A DNA stretch of 23,190 nt from Catajapyx aquilonaris (taxonomy: Eukaryota), in the NCBI GenBank assembly GCA_000934665.2, contig JYFJ02000293.1:124001-147190 (forward strand), written 5' to 3'. Within the stretch, counting starts at the first letter, position 1; every line of letters starts with the position of its first letter. This document shows, piece by piece, positions 9,997 to 19,765 of this stretch. The position numbers were made by a program, and so were the translations under genes. The notes below the pieces were generated by a model. The model made no database searches and had not been told where the DNA came from. It saw only the letters and a list, made by a program, of their open reading frames with translations.

Positions 9997-10675
9997 CAAA
10001 TTATGCCTTCTCCTCAGGTGCGACTGAGAGCGGAATTGAGGCTGGTTTCACCGCTGCCTTATTGCGACCGGATCCGGCGCCGGACTCGTTGGATCTGCGA
10101 TTCATGAGCTGGGCCCCGCCAATTGAACGAGTAGCACACAGGTGAGTGTCACGAGGGGGGTTTGCATTTTGCCCATGTCGTGAAGAAATGTCGGCAATAT
10201 TGGGGATGTCAATATGTAAACTTTGGATCATTTCCAAAGGCGTGCACTTGACTTATCCTGCAACGGAGGGGAGGGGAAACGCTATCTTCACTGGTATGAC
10301 CTTTTCAGGGGCACTTTGAAACAACAAGAGCCTTGATAATTCGTAGGATTCCCGACAATTTCAGGTCATGAGGACACGCAAAAACATTCGCATGATTATT
10401 ACAGTAATAATTCTAATAATAAGAATCTTGTGGTCATTTCAATAATGCAGTGCGACTTGTTTCCAGGACGTCCAAGTTCTGTGGCGACGTGGATTCAGAG
10501 CAGATCCGTGCAACCTGAAGGGGACCCCACCCGACTGCTGCAGGGGTGTGTGTGTGAGGGCTGGAAACGGAACGGGAACGATAGGAAGGGAAGGAGGGCA
10601 GGGGGACAGGGTGGGGGGATTCTCGGCTTTTGAAGGGAGGAAGGCGCTGCGCCGCCGCCGCTTTACCTGGCGAGG

Positions 10676-12142
10676 ATGGCCACCTACAATGTGAACCGTG
10701 GGGTGACGGACGCGTACTACCGCTACAAGATGCCTCGTCTCGTGGCCAAGGTGGAAGGGAAGGGCAACGGGATCAAGACCGTCATCGTCAACATGGTCGA
10801 CGTTGCCAAGGCGCTCGGGAGGCCTCCCACATGTAAGTGGCAGCCATTAACTGCTCACTGTCTGTAGAATCACGTTTTCCTCGATCCAACCCAGATCCGA
10901 CCAAGTACTTCGGATGCGAGCTCGGTGCTCAGACGCAGTTTGACTTCAAGAACGAGCGGTTCGTGGTGAACGGCAGCCACGACGCGGACCGCCTGCAGGA
11001 GCTTCTCGACGGGTTCATTCGCAAGTTCGTCCTGTGCCCGGAGTGCGACAACCCCGAGACGGTGCTGCACGTGCAGTCCAAGCGAGGCCAGGTCTCGCAG
11101 TCCTGCAAGGCCTGCGGGCACTCCTGCACGCTCGACCATCGCCACAAGCTCCTCACCTTTGTCCTTAAGAACCCACCAGGTCAGGATTCTTCTAAGTTTT
11201 CCCCCCTGGTGAGAATGTGTTTTTCATAAATCGTTGCGGACATTTCCAGACCAGAAACCGGCAGCCCAGGGCTCATCCCTGACGGAAGGCAAGCGCGGGA
11301 AGCGTGGATCGAAGAAGAGCAGCCCTCCAAAGGAGGACTCCCCATCCCCACCGACGGAGAAAAACGGAGAGAGCCGTGGCCACAAGGACGACGACGACGA
11401 CGATGGGGATTGGTGTGTCGATGTCAGCGAGGAGGCAGTCAGGGCGAGGATGCAGGCGCTCGGAGAAGGCATTGTCAAAGGTCAGATCTGCTCACATACA
11501 CAAGCGGTTGTCCGTTTCTGACGTTCTGATGTTACTTGCAGGTCTGAACCTGGTGGATGTGGCGGAGACCTCCGAGCGTAACCGCCTGGACAACTTCTAC
11601 ACCTTCATCCGCTCCAAGCTGGAGGGCGATCAGCTTGACCCTCGGAAGGTGTGCGCAGAGGCCGACGCCTTGGGAATCAAGCCGAAGGCCCCGCTTGTGC
11701 TGGCCGAGCTCCTCCTCCTGGACCAAGCCGACGGGAAAGGTGCCGCCGGGGTGCTCCAGCAGATCAAGAAGTACGCCAAACTGTTTGCCTGCTTCACCCA
11801 GGGCTGCCCTCGAGCGCAGAGATACCTGCTGGGTGGGATCGAGCAGCTGGTTGCTTCCAACAAGGACACGCTGATGCCCAAAGTTCCGCATATTCTGAAG
11901 GTTCGTTTGCATTGGATTTACCAGTTTGTACGACAAGTGCGACAATTTTTCGTTTGTGCTTCTTTTTAAAGGTGTTTTACGACCTTGACATCTTGGATGA
12001 GGAGGTGATCCTGGACTGGGGGAAGAAGCCAAGCAAGAAGTTTGTGAGCCGCGACGTCAGCGCTGAGATCCGGGGCAAGGCGGCTCCATTCCTGAAGTGG
12101 CTGGAGGAGGCCGAGTACGAAGACGAAGACGACACCGAGTAG
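10676..12142 (+). CDS. eIF5: Eukaryotic translation initiation factor 5 (400 aa)
   Basis: Exons 10676-10832, 10895-11179, 11250-11480, 11542-11900, 11972-12142; GT-AG, phases consistent, 1203 nt. N-term [16 protein letters not shown]...GKGNGIKT...[14 protein letters not shown], zinc finger CPECDNPET...CKACG, C-terminal W2 AA-boxes ([25 protein letters not shown]). Confidence 0.97.
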
Positions 12143-13293
12143 TTTAACCCTCACCCGACCTTTTTGCATTCGGCCTTTCCTCGTTCCTGTATTTCGTTGC
12201 GCTTAATAACCTCCAGTTTTTCATGGGATTTAAAAATTCGATCAATGACAGTGTGGTGGGTGTTTCCCCCTCCCCCCAAAAAAGTGTGCGCCTTACAGCG
12301 TATGAAACATGGAAGAAATTTGATATGCTGAAAAAATTTAGAACCCGACGATGCACTATGTAGTTTCCTCCACTTAAATTACGGCAGGCAAGCACTCTCT
12401 CAAGCACATTTTCCATAACTTTGGCACGCATTTAAGCACCTAACCAACAATTTAAAAAAATTTAGCGTTAAAAGCAGGCCCTACGCATGAAATATCTATG
12501 TGATTTAAAAAAAAAAGGCAAAAGGTGATTCAGAGTAAAATCTCCAGTGATAATGTTGTGAAGCTTTGCGATTTGAAGGGGTGGACGGCAACAAAATTTC
12601 TCTTCCACTTTCGGCTCTTCGATTAGTGATTTGACGCGCTTTTAACACAAATTGTCCGCATGATTATTTAATGCTGCTTTATTTGTCGGAATACTGCGAA
12701 ATGGGTTTGTTTTTTTTAAGCGATATATTTTAATGAAAATATGTTGTGCAGTGCGGAAAATGAAGTGACGTCTTCATTTTGTTCTCATGCAACAATGTGA
12801 TTAGTGGTATTGTTGTGTGACGATGACGTCAGATCTTTGTTTTCCGCACTTTAAGGTCTGCAGTCTTTTAGAAGAATCCTTTCCCCAATTTGGGAATAAC
12901 TCCCTCGGAGGCTTTTGCTTGAACCAGGTGTCGTATTGTTGGATGCGAGTTTTTTTCCCCCCGTCCACACCTTCAACGTTTATTTACTTGTCAGTATATA
13001 GCGTTTTATTGCAGATTGCATGCGACGCAAAATGACAATTCTGGTGTCATCGACAACAAGGGATCCCCTACAAGGGAACCCCCCCTGCTTTTTAATAATC
13101 TCAGTGTAAAAATGGGGGCAAGAAAATAAATACAATAAGTTACCATCCAGCACAAAATGGGGGTTAGACTCTTTTTGTTTTGTTTTTTCTACCCACTCCA
13201 AAACTCGGGTTATGTACACTTTTTGTGAGTGAGGGACGTATGTACAAGGGGAGTTAAGTACGAAGCCGTTTTTTTTTTTGTACAGCAGAGCGC

Positions 13294-15981
13294 TTATTTG
13301 TCGTCGTCTTCAAGCTCCTCGTACTGGAAATCCTCGGGGGGAGCCTCGGTCATTCGGACGGTGAGGCGGACGGGAAGGGACAGGAGGGATTTGCGGGTGG
13401 AGGATGTGACTGGGTTGTCTCGTAGGTCGAACTCTTGCAAGGAGGTGCAGGCACGGACTGCTTCCACTTCCACCTCTGTTGGGGGGATAATGAGCGGATA
13501 ATTAGCCTGCTTTTTTTAAATGAAGCTGGAGACTTACCTGCAATGTAGTTCTTTAAGGCGTTGAGGTGCATTATACGGGGAAGCTTGAAGAGGGCGCGGG
13601 GAAGGGTCGCGAAAGAGTTGTGCGAGATGTTGACTCGACGGAGCCTATGCAGCTCGGACACCTCGTCGGGAAGCTTGCTCAACCTGTTGTTCGACAGGTT
13701 CAAGTCTGAAAAGACACATTGATGCTTATTGAGTAATTAGCGCGTCGGTATTGCCCAGTGAGTGTTGCAATAGTATGTTGCTCTCACGTGCCAGTGACGT
13801 GTACCGTCTGTGGGTTGGTGGAGAGAGTTTGACTCTGTGGGAAATCCCCAGCATGTGGCAGACTTCCAGGATTCCGATCCAGGAATAGATCGGACCAAGC
13901 AGCCAGTGTGTTTCGCAATGTGTTGCCAACCCAAGAGCCGCGCAGAATATATCTCGCTCTCTCTCTTTTTTTTTCTTAAAGGTGCGTTATTTTGCATTTC
14001 GACGAGGTCCTGAACCCTTGCCAAAATTTCTGGTTAGTCCCAACACGTCTGTTTACCTCCGCACTTTTTCTTGGAAGCGCCCGATGTGTATCTGGTGCGA
14101 ATAGAGAAGCCACGGTCATTCACGTGCGCAATTGCGTAATTACAATGGTGTGTACATGTCGGGCTGAAAGTACTGTGGTGTAATACGATTTGGAATTCTG
14201 TGAATTTGCACAATGCGCCATTGGCCGTTTAACTTCATCGCAAAGGACAGAATTTACAGAGTTACCTGACTTGAAATGCTGGTTTAAAATCACCTAATGT
14301 TAGTTAACGAACAATTGGTTTTTCCTACATATTTATACGTTTGAAGCTGGTATTTAAGGTAGTTAACATTGTATTTAGACTACTTGTAGAATTAATTTTT
14401 AACAAAGTTGAGCGAGTTATGGGAGGAATGTTATGGTTGATTTGTTGATGAGAAATTTTTGTCCGTAAAAATTGGCAAATTGTCTCTTACAGAGGTTCGC
14501 AACAATTGTTGCTTCTTTACGAACTTGTAGCGTAAGCAACCATTTCTTCGTGAACTGGTGAGTATATGGCTCGTTCCACTTTTAATATTGATGTAAAAAT
14601 TTGGCAACTTTTTTCGCAGGACCTGGAAGCGGCCAAAAATCCTGGAAGTGTTTTTGACCAAGCCGATCTTAAAATAAGCAGCTTTTCTTTTAAAAAAAGA
14701 TGAGCCGAACTGGGCTGTTTGTGTTAGAAACGATGACCTCACACTGGGTTTCCCCACAACATCAGCGTCAACCACGTGGGTTGCTACGGATCTTTCATGA
14801 GAAGAAAGAAAGAGAGGTGAAGACGGTCAGCGTCCTTCCAGGTTCTATTTCGAGAAGCAGAAAATTTTGACTTTTTGCCCAACGATGGCGAAACTGCGCA
14901 TCTGACTGCTTGCTGATCGTAGCTTTTTATTTATTTTGTACGGTGTTTATTTTGCATCCTTGTTACCAATCAAATTTTGGCTGGAAGCCAAAATTGCACT
15001 GCGAGGTAGAGGGATTTTGAAAAAAAAAAAAAAAAAGTTGTTGTGACAGGTTTTTGCCTAGTGCTCAAGGTTTTGGATTTTTGCAAAACATTGCAAAATT
15101 TTCCTCGCTACAACTATTGTTGTAGGATAATTTTCAATCTACAATTTCAATCTAAGAATCCTCGTCAAACCCTTGAGCACGAGACACTGTCACAACAATG
15201 TATTAATTTATTTTTTTAATTTGAAAAATCTATCTATTCGCAGCTATTGTTGTTGTAGTAATGGCTGATATAACATAATTTTCTTTGTCACTTGTAGGAT
15301 GAATTTTAAAAATTGTTGAATTGAAAAAAATTTGCAAATTGTCTTTTATAGCAGTTATTTTCCCCTTTCTTTTAAATTAGCGCACAATAAAGCCTCGTTT
15401 ACATGTGAGCGATTTGACAAGCGAAGCAGTGCGATTATCGCCTCAAACAATAGGTACTGATTACATTGGTTACTCGACAATGTTATCGCTCGTCGAAGGC
15501 TTCGCTCATCAAATCGCTCATATGTAAATGCAGCTTAAGTCAAATCATGGGAACAAATTGGAATGTGCTGGACCTATCCTGACAACTTCTGTTCAAACGG
15601 TCAATGTCCTGAGTGGACAACTTACATGCCATTGGCTACGTAAGTTGTCTGGGAGTACATTTCCCCTTTTATTACTCAACTGTTTGCTCTGTTTACTCAC
15701 CAGTGATGAAGGTGAACTTGAGGGCCAACTTGGGTGGAATCTTTGTGATGACGTTTGAGGAGAGGTTGCAACCCTGAAGCTGCGTGTGGCGCATCAGGTG
15801 AAACACAGCATCAGGAATCTGCATCAGCTGGCACTCGCTCAGATCTGCCAAAAATCATACAGAGAGAGAGAACCTGATCAGTTATGTGGCAATGGTGCCA
15901 TTTTGTTGTGATCTGACCTAAGACCAGAGTGATGGTCGCATCCTCGCAACGATGGACCACGCGAGTTACAGCGTTCGCCAT
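13294..15981 (-). CDS. LRRC20: Leucine-rich repeat protein LRRC20-like, proximal-first-exon isoform (185 aa)
   Basis: Exons 15981-15918 (MANAVTRVVHRCEDATITLVL), 15844-15701 (DLSECQLMQIPDAVFHLMRHTQLQGCNLSSNVITKIPPK...), 13705-13538 (DLNLSNNRLSKLPDEV...), 13475-13294 (EVEVEAVRACTSLQEFDLRDNP...EDDDK*). All introns GT-AG, phase 1. AV.RV...LDL.EC.L N-terminus as recalled for LRRC20. Confidence 0.88.
15000..15242. mobile_element. Degenerate inverted-repeat element (old MITE) in LRRC20 intron
   Basis: Symmetric inverted blocks ttgttgtgacag/ctgtcacaacaa and gtgctcaagg/ccttgagcac around a central ctacaac..gttgtag hairpin. Boundaries approximate. Confidence 0.5.
15391..15535. mobile_element. PIF/Harbinger (Tourist-like) MITE, 145 bp, TAA TSD
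   Basis: TAA|AGCCTCGTTTACATGTGAGCGATTTGA ... TCAAATCGCTCATATGTAAATGCAGCT|TAA. Confidence 0.85.
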
Positions 15982-16225
15982 CTTTTCCTGGCTTCTAACT
16001 GCAGACTCAGCTCGTTTGGTGCACCCAGAGGTTATTCTGGCACACGCTCGATTCGTGACTGGGACTAGGCCACGTGGATGCCTAACAATGGCCCAAGAGT
16101 TAAACGGAGGAAGGAATTCACAAACATCTACTTAAACGACCGTTTAAAATATATCGTCTTGAGCGGCAGACTTCTCCCGATTGTCTCGACTCCTATAAAT
16201 CACAACTAGTTTGTGGAATTGTTAA

Positions 16226-16706
16226 CTTCTACAGATGAAGCTTCTACAGCTTCTACAGAAAAAGCTTCTACAGCTTATTACAGCTTTTACAGCTTATTAC
16301 AGCTTCTACAGAAGTAGCTTCTACAGCTTCTTACAGCTTCTACAGAAGTAGCTTCTACAGCTTCTTACAGCTTCTACAGAAGTAGCTTCTACAGCTTCTA
16401 CAAAAGTAGCTTCTACAGAAGTAGATTCTACAGCTTCTACAGAAGTAGATTCTACAGCTTCTACAGAAGTAGCTTCTACAGCTTCTACAGAAGTAGCTTC
16501 TACAGCTTCTACACCTTCTACAGAAGTAGCTTCTACAGCTTCTACACCTTCTACAGAAGTAGCTTCTACAGCTTCTACACCTTCTACAGAAGTAGCTTCT
16601 ACAGCTTCTGACAGCTTCTACAGAAGTAGCTTCTACAGCTTCTGACAGCTTCTACAGAAGTAGCTTCTACAGCTTCTGACAGCTTCTACAGAAGTAGCTT
16701 CTACAG
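16226..16706. repeat. Minisatellite built from CTTCTACAG / AAGTAG modules
   Basis: ~480 bp of agcttctacagaagt / agcttctac variants lying between the two LRRC20 first exons. Confidence 0.95.
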
Positions 16707-17501
16707 TAGAAATGGAAGTTTTGGAATGGATTTACATGCCAATGACAGCTTCACAGTTACATGATGTCAGGCAATGAGGGATATCAAGTGGATATTAATA
16801 ATGTGAGCGCATGTCCAGAACTCCAGATGAATAGTTTGTGGACGTGGTTGTGGATCATGAGTGAAGATGGAATGTTTCCAAGGCCTCATCAAAGGCGTAA
16901 GATGTTGCTATCGTGTGATAACTGGCACGTTGCCTGGTAAACAAGCTTGTGCTCTCTACGCCACCTGAACTCCATTTATCACGTAGGTCGCAACATATTG
17001 ATGACCAGATGGATGGTAATTAAGCCAATCACACCATTCACCTCCAATCCCTGGCTTATTATTATTGGTAATTCAATGAAAACTGAATTATTCAAAGAAA
17101 ACACTGCGACAACTACTGATTTGACCCTGAACGCATGTTTTGCAATGAATTTTCATCACCATTGTCACCAAGAAGTGAGTCACATTCGGATTCCCATGGG
17201 TGTTTACAAACTGGAATTTCCCATTGTGAATTTTTTTTGCTTAAACTAGGCTACAGTGTGTGAAATAATGAATCAAAAAAGTTCACCACATGACACCTAT
17301 ATGAAAAGTTGCCCAACACTTTCGCCCGGAGTGTGAAACACCTTGTAGCTGGGAGGGTTCGGGAGAAAAGCATGTTAAGCGCCACTTGGCAAAGCCACAA
17401 TAACGTTCGTTATTCGAACGTTATTGTGGCTTTACCAAGAGTGGTGCTTAACATATGCTTTTCTTCCGAGAGCCACTTTCACCCCAAAAAAAGAGACTCA
17501 C

Positions 17502-17652
17502 CTAGATTTTGGTTCTCCTTGGCGTCGTCACACCTTCCGACGACTCGTACCACAGCTTTTCCGCACATCTTGGTGCATCTCTCCGCATGGGTCATATGCC
17601 CATTGGTCTGCTGCTGCTGGTTGGTGATGTCCAGTCCGAAGTGGGGCCTCAT
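17502..17652 (-). CDS. LRRC20: LRRC20-like distal alternative first coding exon (gives 214-aa isoform)
   Basis: aagATG...CTA G|gtgagt, 151 nt, phase 1: MRPHFGLDITNQQQQTNGHMTHAERCTKMCGKAVVRVVGRCDDAKENQNL, homologous to the proximal exon (AV.RVV.RC.DA). Upstream acceptor ttttcag|cag at ~17794 and a possible upstream donor at 18029. Confidence 0.8.
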
Positions 17653-18394
17653 CTTGGATGGGTTTGTGGGTCACTTATTATTCCCAGGTGTTTCCAATAA
17701 GTCTTGGCAGTGTACTCCTCTTTGTCTGTTCCAACTGTTGAAGTGTATCACACCAAACTTGGGGGTCTCTGCAGGTGGGTATGGAAGCTCCTGCTGAAAA
17801 TTTTGGCCTTTTATAAAGTCGGAAGGGGGCCAAGTTGGGAGGGGGAAAAGAGGTGGGGGTGAAGTCAAAGAAGAAGAAGAAACATCTGAGTGGATGCTGC
17901 GATGGAAACACGTGCTGGGTTTTAAAATAAACCTCTCCCTCCGACGCAAAATTCAAGGTTGTGACGTTTTATTTATTTCCAACGACCATCACACTTTTGC
18001 GGTGCTGTTTTCTTTTAGTTCGAACTTACGTATTACGCCGAATTTACCGATGTTTTTTTGGCGCCTTATTTTTTAACGGGTTATTAACAAGGTCGGCCAA
18101 CTTCGTCGAAAGAGAAACACGTCTGGTTTATTCATCAAGTCGTTCTAAAAAAAAATGGAAATTAAGCTCTAATTGCAGTTAAAAGCTTGTTGATACAGTC
18201 ATCCACACAACTGCACAATTATTAGTCACACTTTAATTAGTATTTTTTGCAAAATTGAATTTGGCAACTTAATTTTCCTGTAGCCTACAAAAAATTATTT
18301 TCGCTAAATTGCACTTGGCCAGGTTAAGTTGGACGAGTGGAAAACGTTCATATTATTTTAATGACATTTTTAAATTGGTATATAACTGAGTAAC

Positions 18395-18752
18395 TAAAAT
18401 AACAAATAACTAACAGTTAATTATAACAAATAACTAACAATTAACAATAACTAACAAAATTAATAATAGCAAATAACTAACAATTAATAACAAATAGCGC
18501 ATAACTAACAATTAATAACAACAAATATCCCTAAACAAACTAATAACAATTAATAACAAATAGCCCTAAACAAACAAATAACAATGAATAATAACAAATA
18601 AGGGAATAGTTACTAACTAACAATATTAATAACAAATAAGGGAATAGTAACCAACTAACAATTAATAACAAGTAAGGGAATAGTAACCAACTATTTAACA
18701 ATTAATAACAACAAATGTAGCTCTTAACAAACAAATAATGAAAAATAACAAA
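18395..18752. repeat. AT-rich degenerate tandem repeat (AACTAACAATTAATAACAAAT-like)
   Basis: Repeated actaacaattaataacaa and aagggaatagtaaccaact units; strongly G-poor on + strand. Confidence 0.8.
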
Positions 18753-19765
18753 TGTGAGAATACGAACGAAAATAATTTCACTCTCGCAGATTTGGCGGTA
18801 TCAGTTCATTCATTGCAAAAATTTGGCGTATGTTTTTGTTACTGTATTTTGCGTAAAATATCTCACCCTTGAACGAACTGTTTCTCAATTCGATTTAGCA
18901 ACGGTTTTTCAAACTACACCTTTCCGTTCCTTCCAGTAAAAGTTCTGAAAAAAGCAAAAAAACATAGCAGCTGGTTGGATTTTGGCGAAATTTCAAGCGC
19001 AGTTGCCAAGTTTTGCGCAAGGTGACGCTCATACAATTTTTTTTTTCGTTTCAAAAAAACCTCTTCTGAAAGGTCTTGAAAAGCCGCCGTTTAACACGCT
19101 TCGTGTCACTCCTTTTTAATTACTTGCTGAATGAGTTTTTGAGTGACAGACTTTATTTTTTTAAATTTTTTTTGAAGGAACTTTTTTGGGCGGTCTTGGC
19201 TTTCGTTGCCGGAAAAGGGTTAACGCACTGTTCGTCTTTTTCGACTCTCCTTTTCTTTGTGCTAGTTTAAAGCCAAGCTAGGACCATCGGGTGCACCAAA
19301 AATAAAGCCTGGTTTAAAATTAGAGGCACGTCTGGGACCGTTTCTTCATCCGCTTTGATCTTATCTGACGTTCAGAAAATACAACTCAGAAAAAAAACAG
19401 ACGTCATTTCGGCGAAGGGTAATACTTCCTATAAGGACCACAGTTATATCAACAAAAAATTAACTGTGAATAAATCCATATTTTTTCCATAGTTTTTATT
19501 GGCAGTAATCATATTAAAAACCATTTTATTTTTTGATCGAATTATCACATCAAGTCTTCTCAATTTTCTACTCGTGAATGATTGGCTGGAATTAGTCTGT
19601 CCTCGGGTCACCGCTTTCAATTGAAGTTAAATGAAATCGTTGTCAATCTGAGTTGCGCAGCAGCTTGTGTCACTTGTCACCAAAGTGTGCGCAGGGGGAG
19701 AAAAAATATATTAGTAGTAACCATAACTCACTTTAGTTGTCGTGCTGCAGTGGACATAATAAGAA

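Larger units (their letters stand above)
7482..10518 (+). promoter_or_regulatory. Spliced regulatory uORF in eIF5 5'UTR (64 aa; two in-frame poor-context AUGs)
   Basis: Segments 7482-7500 + 10018-10141 + 10467-10518 give MPLPRTGATESGIEAGFTAALLRPDPAPDSLDLRFMSWAPPIERVAHRTSKFCGDVDSEQIRAT*. Contexts catATGc (7482) and ttcATGa (10104); the main start is aggATGg. Confidence 0.65.

Noticed and set aside
10662..10675. U1 snRNA-like TTACCTGGC
   Set aside because: Only ~9 nt match; it lies in the eIF5 leader with no U1 stem-loops or Sm site.
11532..12032. 166-aa antisense ORF and other overlapping ORFs in eIF5
   Set aside because: Shadow ORFs expected from GC3-rich coding sequence; they cross introns and have no motifs.
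12140..12260. Stop-codon readthrough extending eIF5
   Set aside because: TAG-T is not a leaky context, and the in-frame downstream peptide does not resemble the missing acidic tail.
16226..16706. CRISPR-like array, repetitive coding exon or heat-shock element array
   Set aside because: No spacers, no credible start or splice context, and the TTC/GAA spacing does not fit HSE periodicity; it is a simple minisatellite.
17309..17797. 162-aa + strand ORF
   Set aside because: Antisense shadow of the LRRC20 distal first exon and its UTR.
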